From positions 94,233 to 158,232 of the forward strand of contig WREW01000001.1 in NCBI GenBank assembly GCA_009779135.1: a DNA stretch of 64,000 nt, in the 5' to 3' direction. Source of the stretch: Alphaproteobacteria bacterium (GTDB lineage: Bacteria > Pseudomonadota > Alphaproteobacteria > UBA9219). Both the position numbers and the translations under genes were made by a program. Below, piece after piece: positions 20,607-30,416 of this stretch. Below the pieces are notes generated by a model, which was not told where the DNA came from, searched no databases, and saw only the letters and a program-made list of their open reading frames with translations. Each line of letters opens with the position of its first letter. Position 1 is the stretch's first letter.

Positions 20607-21608
20607 ATGAAAAAAACAAAAAACATCGGATTTCTTCTGGCTGTGGGTTTTTTCTTCCTTCAGGCCTCACCGGTTTTTGCGGACATGTTTGTGCCTCTTG
20701 AAGTTACCGCGCGGACGCAAGCTGACGTGCAAGGCGGCGTTATTCGTCTGAGCGATATTTTTGAAGGCATTGAGGAATCGCGCGATCGTGATGTGGCCCT
20801 TGCGCCAGCGCCCGGAAAAACGGTGACCTATGATGTGCGGACTCTGGTGGCGCTTTCAAACAAATACAGGCTTGGTTTTAAGCCGCAAAGTCTTTTGGAT
20901 CGCTCTACGATCACGCGCGCGGCCACGCGCATCACGCCGGACATGGTTTTTGAAGCGGTAAAAGAAAGGCTCGGCGCGCTTGTGGCGCTTGAAGGCAAAA
21001 CCATCGATGTGGCTTTTGACAACAGAAACCCGGGTTTTCTGCTTCCGGCGGAGCAGGGCGCGGCCTTTGATGTGACCGGCATCACTTACGATGAAAAATC
21101 AAGACGCTTTCGGGGCGAAATCATCGCGCAAGGCGACAAGCGCCCCATCATGCAGCCGGTTTCAGGCCGTGTCTCTATCAAAAAAACTATCCCCGTCCTT
21201 GCGCGCCGTCTTGAAGGCGGGCAAGTTCTAGGCGCTGCGGATCTGGGCTGGATCACGGTGAATGAAGATCAGCTGGGCAATGATATTCTTGCGGATATAG
21301 ATCAGGTGCTCGGCTTTGAGCTGCGCCGCACGGGCTCCGAGGGCGATCTTCTGCGCGCGCGCGATCTTATCGCGCCGCGTCTTGTCACACGCGGCTCTTT
21401 GGTGACGCTGCGCATTGCAACGCCGATGATGCAGATCACAGCGCAAGGGCGCGCGCTGCAAGATGGCGCGCGCGGCGATATTGTCCGTATCACAAACACA
21501 CAAACCAACCGCATGGTTGAGGGCGTGGTTGAAAGCGCAGGCCTTGTGCGCGTCAGCACGGGCCATCAAAAACTGGCCGCCGCGCCGTGGCCGCAAGAGG
21601 TAAGGTAG
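20607..21608 (+). CDS. flgA: flagellar basal body P-ring formation chaperone FlgA
   Basis: Signal peptide; C-terminal SAF-domain pattern (GDIVRITNTQTNRMVEGVV); flgG-flgA-flgH order. Confidence 0.75.
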   Translation: MKKTKNIGFLLAVGFFFLQASPVFADMFVPLEVTARTQADVQGGVIRLSDIFEGIEESRDRDVALAPAPGKTVTYDVRTLVALSNKYRLGFKPQSLLDRSTITRAATRITPDMVFEAVKERLGALVALEGKTIDVAFDNRNPGFLLPAEQGAAFDVTGITYDEKSRRFRGEIIAQGDKRPIMQPVSGRVSIKKTIPVLARRLEGGQVLGAADLGWITVNEDQLGNDILADIDQVLGFELRRTGSEGDLLRARDLIAPRLVTRGSLVTLRIATPMMQITAQGRALQDGARGDIVRITNTQTNRMVEGVVESAGLVRVSTGHQKLAAAPWPQEVR

Positions 21609-21611
21609 CCC

Positions 21612-22367
21612 ATGAAAAACCGTCATAGAGCCCCCCATTTTGCGTTTCTTATGATGTCATTATGCATGCTTGCGGCGTGCAATGCCTCGACACGCCTGCG
21701 TGAAGCCGGCTCACCGCCGGTTTTTGCGGCAGTGCAAGATCCTACGCCGCTTCAGGGCGTCACGCCCGTGAAAATGCCCATGCCCGCGCCGGATATCGGC
21801 GAGCAGCAGCCCAATTCCCTTTGGCGCACGGGCTCGCGCACCTTTTTCCGCGATCAGCGCGCCTCGCGCGTGGGCGATATTTTGACCGTGACCATCAGCA
21901 TTGACGAAAAAGCCCAGATTTCTAATGAAACCAAGCGCCAAAGAGATAACACGGAAAATGCGGGCATTGGTAATCTTCTTGGTTTTGAATCCACATTGTC
22001 CAGCCTTCTTCCTTCTGATTTCAGGCCAGAGCTTATGGCCTCAGCCGCCAGCGCGATGCACAACAACGGTAAAGGCACGGTAGATCGATCCGAAAAAATC
22101 AATCTGCGCGTGGCGGCGACCGTGACGCAGGTTCTGCCCAACGGCAATCTTGTGATTGCCGGCCGCCAGCAGATCACCGTAAACTTTGACATGCGCGAGC
22201 TTCAAGTCGCCGGCGTGATTCGTCCCCAGGATGTCAGCGCCCAGAACACGGTCAAATATGACCAGATCGCCGAAGCGCGCGTAGCCTATGGCGGGCGCGG
22301 CCAGCTTGTGGATGTCCAGCAGCCGCGTTACGGTGCGCAACTGCTTGATATTTTCCTGCCCTTCTAG
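21612..22367 (+). CDS. flgH: flagellar L-ring lipoprotein FlgH
   Basis: Lipobox LAACNAS; GDILTVTISIDEKAQISNETKRQRDN and GNLVIAGRQQITVNFDMRELQVAGVIRPQD FlgH motifs. Confidence 0.85.
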   Translation: MKNRHRAPHFAFLMMSLCMLAACNASTRLREAGSPPVFAAVQDPTPLQGVTPVKMPMPAPDIGEQQPNSLWRTGSRTFFRDQRASRVGDILTVTISIDEKAQISNETKRQRDNTENAGIGNLLGFESTLSSLLPSDFRPELMASAASAMHNNGKGTVDRSEKINLRVAATVTQVLPNGNLVIAGRQQITVNFDMRELQVAGVIRPQDVSAQNTVKYDQIAEARVAYGGRGQLVDVQQPRYGAQLLDIFLPF

Positions 22368-22418
22368 GCGGGAAGGCCTCTTTTTCCGCTCTTGCGCTTT
22401 TTTTGGAAAAGAACCATC

Positions 22419-22946
22419 ATGCTTGGCATGAAAAACGAGGACCTGACGCAGCATGAAGTGATTTTGGCGCTTGGCTCCAATCTCGGCGATCGGCTTGCCG
22501 TGCTGCAAGCGGCTGTGCGCGCGTTAAAACCTTATGTGAGCGTTGAAGCCTGCTCGCCTGTTTATGAAACAACGCCGGCTTATGTTACGGATCAGCCCCT
22601 TTTTTTAAACGCCGTGATTAAAGGCACCACAGCGCTTGATCCGCGCGGCCTGCTCTTTACCGTAAAAAATATTGAACGCGAACTCGGACGCCGTCCGACT
22701 TTCCGTTATGGCCCGCGCGTGATTGACATCGACATTATCTTTTATGACCAGCTTGTGATGCACACGCCCGAGCTGAGCATCCCGCATCCCTTGATGACGG
22801 AACGCGCCTTTGTGCTTAAACCCCTTGCCGACATTGACCCGCAGAAGATTCATCCGATCCTCAACAAATCCGCAGCATCGCTTTTGCAGATGCTTGCCGC
22901 ATCAGATCCTATGCAGGCGATAAAAGGGACATTGCCATGTTCCTAA
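22419..22946 (+). CDS. folK: 2-amino-4-hydroxy-6-hydroxymethyldihydropteridine pyrophosphokinase (HPPK)
   Basis: VILALGSNLGDR ... YETTPAYVTDQPLFLNAVI ... GPRVIDIDIIFYD; start approximate. Confidence 0.85.
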   Translation: MLGMKNEDLTQHEVILALGSNLGDRLAVLQAAVRALKPYVSVEACSPVYETTPAYVTDQPLFLNAVIKGTTALDPRGLLFTVKNIERELGRRPTFRYGPRVIDIDIIFYDQLVMHTPELSIPHPLMTERAFVLKPLADIDPQKIHPILNKSAASLLQMLAASDPMQAIKGTLPCS

Positions 22947-23737
22947 GCAACCTCTCCATCATGGGCATCATCAATATAACGCCGGATTCTTTTTCGGGCG
23001 AGGGGCTGCTCAAGAATGGCAAGGTAGATATGCCGCTGGTTCTTGAGCGCGCTTCGCAAATGGTCAAAGACGGCGCGACTATTTTGGACATAGGCGGCGA
23101 AAGCACCCGCCCGGGCGCAAAGAACGTGCCGCAAGATGAAGAAATCGCGCGCACGATTCCCGCGATTGAAGCCATCCGCAACGCCTTGCCGGACATCCCT
23201 TTAAGCATTGACACAAGGAAACCGGCTGTGGCGGCGCTGGCGCTGCAGGCCGGCGTGCGCATCGTCAATAATGTGGCCGGCGCGGAAACAGAAAAAGCCA
23301 TGTATGATCTGCTCAAGGCGCATCCCAAAGCCTACCTTGTTTTGATGCATAATGGCGTGGCAAAAGATAAGGATGATGGCGTTGAAGATATTTTTGATGC
23401 GCTGGATGAACTTGCAAGGGCCGCGCTTGAAGCAGGGCTTGAGCGCAGCCAGATGATTTTAGACCCGGGTCTGGGCTTTGGCAAAACGGGGAGTCAGGAT
23501 CTTGCGCTCCTGCATCATCTTGACCGCGTGGTCGGGATGGGACTTCCCGTGCTGGTCGGTCCTTCGCGTAAAAGTTTTATCGGAACGGTTCTTGAAGGCG
23601 ATGCGCAAAACCGTCTGGAAGGCACGGCAGCCTGTGTGGCGCTGGCCGCTTTCAAAGGCGCGCATATTCTTCGCGTTCATGACGTCGCCTTTATGGCCAA
23701 AGTCGCCCGCATGGCCGCAGCCATCGCCGACAGTTAA
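22937..23737 (+). CDS. folP: dihydropteroate synthase
   Basis: GIINITPDSFSGEG and ILDIGGESTRPGA pterin-binding motifs; folK-folP pair. Confidence 0.9.
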   Translation: MFLSNLSIMGIINITPDSFSGEGLLKNGKVDMPLVLERASQMVKDGATILDIGGESTRPGAKNVPQDEEIARTIPAIEAIRNALPDIPLSIDTRKPAVAALALQAGVRIVNNVAGAETEKAMYDLLKAHPKAYLVLMHNGVAKDKDDGVEDIFDALDELARAALEAGLERSQMILDPGLGFGKTGSQDLALLHHLDRVVGMGLPVLVGPSRKSFIGTVLEGDAQNRLEGTAACVALAAFKGAHILRVHDVAFMAKVARMAAAIADS

Positions 23738-23769
23738 AGATCGTTTTTCACATAAAGCCACACCCCTCA

Positions 23770-23869
23770 TGTCATCCTCGGGGCTTGCGAAGCAAGAGCC
23801 CGGGGATCTGACGTTAGGGCCTGCGTCAGATCTCCGGTTCAACCGCTTTGCGGTTGCCCGAAGATGACA
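23770..23869. repeat. ~100 bp palindromic MITE/REP-like element, copy 1 (TGTCATCCTCGGGG ... CCCGAAGATGACA with nested hairpin modules)
   Basis: Terminal inverted repeats plus internal CCGGGGATCTGACG/CGTCAGATCTCCGG and small stem-loops; the same modules recur at 43146..43251. Lies between the convergent folP and NUDIX genes and overlaps the NUDIX 3' end. Confidence 0.6.
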
Positions 23870-24293
23870 GGAGGGAATGACTATAACGCGCAAGAAACTG
23901 CGCTAAAAAAAGATCCGCCGCAGGCATGGGATAAGAGGCAAGCTGATCGGGAAAAACCCAAGCCAAAGCCGCATGCTCAAGATTTTCAACGGTGACGGTC
24001 TTGGTACAAAGAAAAAGCGTCATAAAAAGGCGGAAATTGCGCGGCTCTTTGTAGTGATGCGACACAAAAGTCAAGGGCTGAAGATCGCTTTCTTCGATGG
24101 AGACAGAAAGCTCTTCGCGCAATTCGCGCCTTGCGGCTTCTTCGGGCGTTTCGCCGGACTCAAGCTTGCCGCCGGGGAACTCCCAAAGCTCAGACATGTC
24201 TTTATGAGCCGGACGCTGCGCTAAAAGAACGCGCCCCTGTGCATCCATCAGCGCCACAGCCGCCACAAAAAGAAAAGGAAAAGATTGAGGCAT
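23826..24293 (-). CDS. NUDIX hydrolase (MutT-like)
   Basis: Nudix box GKLESGETPEEAARRELREELSV; the last ~14 codons are supplied by the palindromic element. Confidence 0.8.
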   Translation of the reverse strand: MPQSFPFLFVAAVALMDAQGRVLLAQRPAHKDMSELWEFPGGKLESGETPEEAARRELREELSVSIEESDLQPLTFVSHHYKEPRNFRLFMTLFLCTKTVTVENLEHAALAWVFPDQLASYPMPAADLFLAQFLARYSHSLLSSSGNRKAVEPEI

Positions 24294-24298
24294 GTTTT

Positions 24299-25228
24299 TC
24301 AGGCGCGTTTGGTCAGTTGGAAAAATACATCCTCAAGATCGGGCTCTTTCGTCACAATATCAAGAATATTAAGCCCGTTGACCTGCACGGCCAAAAGCAT
24401 CTGCCCGATGCTTAAAGTTTTGGCAGCGCGCGTCAGTTTGAGCTGCCTTTTATTTTCCAAAACCCATCCATGCGGGCGCAAATTGGGCGGCACATCGTGA
24501 AGATCACGGTCAACAGTCACAGTAAGGCTTTTATTGTCAAGCTGCTGCAAAAGATGTTCCGTGCTGTCATTGGCCACAAACCGCCCCTGATGGAGAATGG
24601 CGATATGATCGCAAAGCGATTGCGCCTCTTCAAGATAATGGGTGGTTAGAACAATGGTGGTTCCAGCCTCATTAAGTTTGCGTAGCTGCGTCCATAGAGC
24701 ATGCCTGAAATCAACATCAACGCCGGCTGTAGGTTCATCCAAAATCAAAACAGGCGGCCTGTGCGCCATGGCTTTGGCCATCATCAAACGGCGTTTCATG
24801 CCGCCGGAAAGCGCATGGGTAGAGGTATGGGCTTTGCTGCTCAGCTCCAGCAGCGTCAAAAGATCATCCGTGATGCGTTCATGTTTGGGCACGCCGTAAA
24901 GCCCTGCCTGAAACTCCAAAAGCTCGCGCACGGTGAAGAAGGAGTCGACATTCAGCTCCTGCGGCACAATGCCAAGAGCGCTGCGCACGCCGCGCGGGTC
25001 TTCATCCAGATCACGATCCCATATCCGCACCTGACCTTCTGTTTTAAGGACAAGATTGCCAAGGACATTAATCAAAGTCGATTTCCCCGCCCCGTTAGGC
25101 CCCAAAAGCCCGAAAAGACTCCCCTGCGGCACAACAAGATCAATATGATCCAGCGCCGGCACACCACTGCGCGCGTAGAACTTTGTAAGCCCTTCAATTT
25201 CTATGGCATTTTTAGGAAACTGAGTCAT
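24299..25228 (-). CDS. ABC transporter ATP-binding protein
   Basis: Start at MTQFPKNAIEIEGLTKFY; Walker A GPNGAGKSTL; signature LSGGMKRR; Walker B ILILDEPT; the ORF-track N-terminal extension to 25336 is unlikely. Confidence 0.8.
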   Translation of the reverse strand: MTQFPKNAIEIEGLTKFYARSGVPALDHIDLVVPQGSLFGLLGPNGAGKSTLINVLGNLVLKTEGQVRIWDRDLDEDPRGVRSALGIVPQELNVDSFFTVRELLEFQAGLYGVPKHERITDDLLTLLELSSKAHTSTHALSGGMKRRLMMAKAMAHRPPVLILDEPTAGVDVDFRHALWTQLRKLNEAGTTIVLTTHYLEEAQSLCDHIAILHQGRFVANDSTEHLLQQLDNKSLTVTVDRDLHDVPPNLRPHGWVLENKRQLKLTRAAKTLSIGQMLLAVQVNGLNILDIVTKEPDLEDVFFQLTKRA

Positions 25229-25329
25229 AAAGAGAACCTCTCGGCGCTCCTTATACACCAAAAACAAGGCCGGTTCAAAAAAATCTTGGGGGCTGTCCGG
25301 CGAGGTTTTTTTATGATTGAATAAAGCGC

Positions 25330-28125
25330 ATGACAAAAGACGAAAAAGAACCGCTTTATCTTGTGGACGGCTCGGGATTTATTTTTCGGGCCTATCATGC
25401 GCTGCCTTTTATGTCGCGCCCTGACGGCACGCCGGTTCACGCGGTTTACGGCTATTGCGCGATGCTGCAGAAATTGCTTTTAGATCTGGGCGCGCAGCAT
25501 ATTGCCGTGATTTTTGACGCCGCGCGCAAGACCTTTCGGCAGGATATTTATCCGGCCTACAAAGCCAACCGCCCGCCCCCGCCCGAGGATCTTGTGCCGC
25601 AGTTTGCTCTGATACGGCAGGCCACGGAAGCTTTCGGCCTTCCGGCGCTTGAAGCGGCCAATTACGAGGCGGACGATCTGATCGCCGCCTATGCGCGCGC
25701 GGCGCGTGAAAAGAAAATCCCTGTACGCATTGTTTCGGCGGACAAGGATCTGATGCAGCTTGTCGGCGCAGGCGTGACGCTTTACGACCCGATGAAAAGC
25801 ATCGATATTGACGAAAAAGCGGTTGAGGAAAAGTTCGGCGTCCCACCGGCGCAGGTGGTGGATGTTCAGGCTTTGGCCGGCGACAGCTCGGACAATGTCC
25901 CGGGCGTGCCCGGCATAGGGATCAAAACGGCGGCTGAGCTTATCGCAAGCTTCGGCAATCTGGAAACGCTGCTGAAAAAAGCCGACACCATCAAACAGCC
26001 CAAAAGAAGACAGGCCTTGCTGGATCATGCGGATCTGGCGCTTATTTCCCAAAAGCTTGTCACGCTTGATGCCCATGCGCCCATGCCCATGCCGCTTGAA
26101 GAGATTTTAAAAATACCCGCGCAAGGGCAGGATAAAACGCCATTGATGGCGTTTCTTCAGGCGCAGGCCTTTAAATCCCTTCTGGCCCGCCTTGAAAAAC
26201 AAACAGGCCAAAAAGCGCCGCCGCTTGAGGAAGAGTCAAAAGAGGCCGAAGATCTTGCCGCCATCAAAACGCAGTACAGTTTGATTCAGGACATCAAAGC
26301 GCTCAAGCCTTGGCTTGAAAAAGCGAAAGACCAAGGCTTTGTCGCGCTGGATACTGAAACGAACGGGCTTGTGCCAAGTACGGCCAAGTTGGTGGGCGTT
26401 TCTTTGGCCACAGCGCCAGGGCAAGCCTGCTATATTCCGCTCGGCCATGTGGCTCCGGGCAGTGCCGCGCAGGAAGGCGCCTTTGATTTTGACGCAACGC
26501 GCGCGCCTAAACAGATAGATCTTGCAGCCTTCACAGCCGCCATCAAGCCGCTTTTGGAAGATGAATCCGTTTTAAAAATCGCGCATAATTTAAAGTTCGA
26601 CAGTCAGGTTTTAGGCCAGCACGGCATCAAGGTGAACACTTATGACGATACGATGCTGATGTCTTATGTGCTTGATGCCGGTCTGCACGGCCATGGGCTT
26701 GATGATCTGGTCAAACGCAATTTTGACCATGAGATGATTGCCTTTGATGCCGTCACCGGCACCGGACGCGCGCGCATCACCTTTGATCGCGTGCCGCTTG
26801 AGCAGGCAAGCGATTATGCGGCTGAAGATGCCGATTTCACGCTCCGTCTTTGGCAGGAATTCAAACAAAGACTCGTGCAGGAAAAGCTTGTGCATGTGTA
26901 TGAGCGGCTCGAGCGGCCCTTGATTCCCGTTGTGGCCGCGATGGAAACCATCGGCGTAAAAATTGATCCTGTGATTTTACGCGCGCAAAGCTCAAAGCTC
27001 GCCCAGCATATTGCCGTGCTTGAAAAAGAGATCTACAAACTGGCCGGACATCCCTTTAATGTAGGCTCGCCCAAACAGCTGGCGGAAGTTTTGTTCGAAG
27101 AAATGGGCCTGCCCGCCGCGCGCAAAAGCAGCAAAACAGGCGCCCATTCCACGGGCGCTGATGTGCTCGAGCCTTTGGCCGACCAGTATGATATTGTGGC
27201 AAAGATTTTGGAGTGGCGCGCATGGTCGAAACTTAAAAGCACCTATACCGATGCTTTGCCCGCGCAGATCAATCCGAAAACCGGCCGCGTGCATACATCC
27301 TTTTCGCTTGTCGGCGCAGCCACGGGAAGGCTGTCTTCCACAGATCCGAACCTGCAAAACATCCCCATCCGCACCGAGGAAGGCCGCGCAATTCGCAAAG
27401 CCTTTATCGCGCCCGAGGGATATAAGCTTATGTCTGTCGATTATTCGCAGATCGAGCTGCGGCTGGCGGCTGAGGCGTCCCAAAGCCCGTCCATGATGAA
27501 AGCTTTTGAAAAAGGGATCGATATTCACGCCATGACGGCCTCGGAAGTGTTTGATATTCCGCTTGCAAAACTCACCTCCGAAGAAAGACGCCGCGCCAAA
27601 GCCATCAATTTCGGCATTATTTACGGCATCAGCGGCTTTGGTCTGGCCAAACAGATCGGCAGCACGCCAAGTCAGGCCCATGCGTTTATAGAGGCCTATT
27701 TTAAACGCTTTCCCGAGCTGCGCGATTGGATGGAGCAGACCAAGGCCTTTGCGCACCAGCATGGCTATGTCCAAACATTTTTCAGGCGGCGCGTTCATAT
27801 TCCCTTTATCAACGACAAAAACGCCGCGCGCCGCGCAGGCGCTGAGCGTCAGGCGATCAACGCGCCTTTGCAGGGCACGGCGGCGGACATCATCAAGCGC
27901 GCCATGATCGCGCTGCCTCCGGCGTTGCAAAAAGCGCAAAGCAAAGCGCGACTTTTGTTACAGGTTCATGACGAACTTTTGCTTGAGGTGCCGGTCAAGG
28001 AGGTTGAGGAAACAGCCGCGCTTGTGAAAGAAATCATGCAAAAAGCGCCGCAACCTGTTATTTCTCTGGCCGTGCCGCTTGTGGCCGAGGTCAAGACCGG
28101 CGACAACTGGGCGCAGGCCCATTAA
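25330..28125 (+). CDS. polA: DNA polymerase I
   Basis: 931 aa; 5'-3' exonuclease N-terminus (LYLVDGSGFIFRAYHA); 3'-5' exonuclease block; polymerase motifs DYSQIELR and QVHDELL. Confidence 0.95.
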   Translation: MTKDEKEPLYLVDGSGFIFRAYHALPFMSRPDGTPVHAVYGYCAMLQKLLLDLGAQHIAVIFDAARKTFRQDIYPAYKANRPPPPEDLVPQFALIRQATEAFGLPALEAANYEADDLIAAYARAAREKKIPVRIVSADKDLMQLVGAGVTLYDPMKSIDIDEKAVEEKFGVPPAQVVDVQALAGDSSDNVPGVPGIGIKTAAELIASFGNLETLLKKADTIKQPKRRQALLDHADLALISQKLVTLDAHAPMPMPLEEILKIPAQGQDKTPLMAFLQAQAFKSLLARLEKQTGQKAPPLEEESKEAEDLAAIKTQYSLIQDIKALKPWLEKAKDQGFVALDTETNGLVPSTAKLVGVSLATAPGQACYIPLGHVAPGSAAQEGAFDFDATRAPKQIDLAAFTAAIKPLLEDESVLKIAHNLKFDSQVLGQHGIKVNTYDDTMLMSYVLDAGLHGHGLDDLVKRNFDHEMIAFDAVTGTGRARITFDRVPLEQASDYAAEDADFTLRLWQEFKQRLVQEKLVHVYERLERPLIPVVAAMETIGVKIDPVILRAQSSKLAQHIAVLEKEIYKLAGHPFNVGSPKQLAEVLFEEMGLPAARKSSKTGAHSTGADVLEPLADQYDIVAKILEWRAWSKLKSTYTDALPAQINPKTGRVHTSFSLVGAATGRLSSTDPNLQNIPIRTEEGRAIRKAFIAPEGYKLMSVDYSQIELRLAAEASQSPSMMKAFEKGIDIHAMTASEVFDIPLAKLTSEERRRAKAINFGIIYGISGFGLAKQIGSTPSQAHAFIEAYFKRFPELRDWMEQTKAFAHQHGYVQTFFRRRVHIPFINDKNAARRAGAERQAINAPLQGTAADIIKRAMIALPPALQKAQSKARLLLQVHDELLLEVPVKEVEETAALVKEIMQKAPQPVISLAVPLVAEVKTGDNWAQAH

Positions 28126-28258
28126 GGGCGAAGGCGACCTTTGCCAAAAAAAACACTTTATGCTAAGATAGGTGCCTGCAAGGCCGTAGGAGCCAAAAGG
28201 GCAGGAGGCTTTTCCCTTTGAAAAAGCCATGTAAGGTCAATCGACAGGTGCAAATCCC

Positions 28259-28549
28259 GTGAATATTGGTTTAGTCGTTAACGCGCGCGGAAAATTATGC
28301 CTCGTCCATGATGAGCTTTTTGCGGCCACGCCTCTGTGGGTCGGCTATCATATTGACCGCCGCCAGCTGGAGATCATCTTTGACACCGGCGGCACCTACC
28401 CGATTAACTGGGAGGCCACGGATGAGATGGATGTTTACCTCAATCGCGTGAAAAAGATCCTGATTATCCGCATGGAAGACAAAAAACCGGTCGAAGGTTT
28501 TGATACGAGTTTTGTAAGACTCCAAAATGGCCGAACCATTGAGGATTGA
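28259..28549 (+). CDS. hypothetical protein
   Basis: 96 aa ORF downstream of polA; no motif recognised. Confidence 0.3.
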   Translation: MNIGLVVNARGKLCLVHDELFAATPLWVGYHIDRRQLEIIFDTGGTYPINWEATDEMDVYLNRVKKILIIRMEDKKPVEGFDTSFVRLQNGRTIED

Positions 28550-28570
28550 ACAAAGAAAGGGTTTTAGGGC

Positions 28571-28963
28571 ATGGATCCGTTAGATGATGACGCTCTGGAC
28601 ACCGCTGAAGAAGACAAGAAAAAGAAGAAAAAAGGTGAAAGCGATTCCGTAGACCGCGAAAATGTTGAGGTCACGGCAGAGTTTTATGCGCATATGGCCA
28701 GCATCGGGGCTTCAAAAAATCTGGTGGCCGAGATTCTGCGCAGCTGGCGGCATTTGCGCGGCGATGCGCTTGTGCGGGCGCTGCAGAACTTTGCCGGCAA
28801 GCTCGGCTTTACCCGCGCCACGGCGCATGCGCAGGTGGATATAGGCAAGGAAAAGAACTTCGGCCTTTTGCACAATCTGGTTCAGTTTTTCCGCCGCGAG
28901 CCGCAGCAAAAACCAACCGTGCAGCAAAAGTTTTCCTCGCAAAACAAACCAGAACCGAAATAA
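28571..28963 (+). CDS. hypothetical protein with acidic/Lys-rich N-terminus
   Basis: 130 aa; sensible codon usage; no family recognised. Confidence 0.4.
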   Translation: MDPLDDDALDTAEEDKKKKKKGESDSVDRENVEVTAEFYAHMASIGASKNLVAEILRSWRHLRGDALVRALQNFAGKLGFTRATAHAQVDIGKEKNFGLLHNLVQFFRREPQQKPTVQQKFSSQNKPEPK

Positions 28964-28974
28964 CCCCCCAACCC

Positions 28975-29071
28975 TGTCATTGCGAGGAAGGCCTTTAGGC
29001 CTGACGCGGCAATCTCTGCAACATCGCCGAGATGGCGCCCGTTGGGCCTTAAGGCTCGCCTGCCAATGACA
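28975..29071. repeat. diverged palindromic element related to the TGTCAT...ATGACA family
   Basis: TGTCATTGCGAGGAAGGCC ... GGCCTTAAGGCTCGCCTGCCAATGACA forms an imperfect long inverted repeat with internal GGCC hairpins, immediately after the stop of the preceding gene. Confidence 0.4.
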
Positions 29072-29351
29072 ATAATATTAAATAACCAGCTGTGACCTTG
29101 CCGACTGCTCCCGCCACTTCCTCATTTTTTCAATAAAAACTGCCGTTCTTACAGGCTTTCTCCGACCATTGGGAATCTTATCAAGATCAACAATTTTAAC
29201 CTCGGTTTTTTTCATCTTTCCTCCCGCCATTAAAAATATTTGATGGTTGATTATAGAGCGCTTTTTGGCTTGCGGTGCAATAAGAATATTCAAGGCGCCA
29301 AACGGTTTCCCCTTGACTTATCGGCAAAAAACGCCATCTTGAAGCGCGTCT

Positions 29352-29425
29352 TGCGGGTGTAGCTCAATGGTAGAGCAGAAGCTTCCCAAGCTTACGACGA
29401 GGGTTCGATTCCCTTCACCCGCTCC
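29352..29425 (+). tRNA. tRNA-Gly (anticodon CCC)
   Basis: GCGGGTG acceptor stem pairing with CACCCGC; TAGCTCAATGGTAGAGC D-arm; anticodon loop CTTCCCAAG; GGTTCGATTCC T-arm; CCA encoded. Confidence 0.9.
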
Positions 29426-29452
29426 ATGCCCCGCACTTGAAAGGTTGGCGTC

Positions 29453-30256
29453 ATGTTACAAGGTTGGATAGATGCCGCGATCATGGGCGTTGTGGAAGGG
29501 CTGACCGAGTTTCTTCCCGTCTCATCCACAGGCCATCTTTTATTGATGAATGAGATCCTGCATTTTGAAGGGCCTCAAGGCAATGTCTTTGAAATTGTTA
29601 TCCAATTCGGCGCGATTTTGGCCGTGGTTGCCGTTTATTTCCAGCGCTTGTGGCGCGTTGCGATCAAGGCCCCGCGCGATCCGCAGGCCAGACGATTCCT
29701 TTATGCCGTGTTGCTGGCTTTTCTGCCGGCCATGGTGATCGGTTTTTTTGCGCATGGTTTTATCAAGGCGGTTTTGTTCAATCCGATAGTGGTGGCTGTT
29801 TCTCTGGTGCTGGGGGGAATCGTCATTCTCGTGATCGAGAAAAAAGCACCCGTCCCGACCGTCCATGAAATTGAAGATATGCCTATGAAAACAGCTCTTT
29901 ACATCGGGCTTGCCCAATGCATTGCCATGATCCCGGGCGTTTCGCGTTCAGGCGCAACAATTATGGGATCGCTTTTGCTCAAAGTGGATCGCAAAACGGC
30001 GGCCGAGTTTTCCTTTTTTCTGGCCATCCCCACCATGGCGGCGGCCACAGCCTATGATTTGTATAAAAACTTCGGACACTTAACTGCAGATGACGGCATC
30101 GTAATCGCCATAGGCTTTGTGGTATCTTTTTTGGTGGCCTATGGCGTGGTCAAAACCTTTGTAGGCTTTATCAGCCGACATGGCTTTGCGCCCTTTGCGT
30201 GGTACCGTATTGTTATAGGCCTTGCAGCGATTATGGCCTTATTGGTTTTGAAATAG
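29453..30256 (+). CDS. uppP: undecaprenyl-diphosphate phosphatase
   Basis: VEGLTEFLPVSSTGHLLL and IPGVSRSGATI motifs of BacA/UppP; 267 aa polytopic membrane protein. Confidence 0.9.
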   Translation: MLQGWIDAAIMGVVEGLTEFLPVSSTGHLLLMNEILHFEGPQGNVFEIVIQFGAILAVVAVYFQRLWRVAIKAPRDPQARRFLYAVLLAFLPAMVIGFFAHGFIKAVLFNPIVVAVSLVLGGIVILVIEKKAPVPTVHEIEDMPMKTALYIGLAQCIAMIPGVSRSGATIMGSLLLKVDRKTAAEFSFFLAIPTMAAATAYDLYKNFGHLTADDGIVIAIGFVVSFLVAYGVVKTFVGFISRHGFAPFAWYRIVIGLAAIMALLVLK

Positions 30257-30416
30257 GCACAAAAAAAGTGAAAAAATTAAGTAACTGTTAAGCCAAAACG
30301 AACAATAAAAGAGGATGAAAGAATTGCCAGTCAAAAAAGTGGCATAAGGCGCAGCTTGCGCATAAAATAGGAAAGAAACCTGTAGGATGAGATTTGCTCA
30401 AGAGGAACGCCTTTTC

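Noticed and set aside
23459-23893. ORFs 23478..23867 (+) and 23459..23893 (-) downstream of folP
   Set aside because: They run through the palindromic repeat element and the folP 3' end. Palindromes generate open frames on both strands.
25229-25336. N-terminal 36-codon extension of the ABC ATPase ORF
   Set aside because: The conserved ABC domain begins at MTQFPKNAIEIEGL. The extension would run into the divergent polA promoter region.
26992-27939. 315-aa minus-strand ORF inside polA
   Set aside because: Lies entirely antisense to the well-supported DNA polymerase I gene. It is a GC-driven open frame with no independent signals.
28964-29351. Possible small ORF 29078..29293 (-) and regulatory RNA between the hypothetical gene and tRNA-Gly
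   Set aside because: The 71-aa ORF has no RBS or motif and partly overlaps the palindromic element region. I could not support any ncRNA call from sequence alone.
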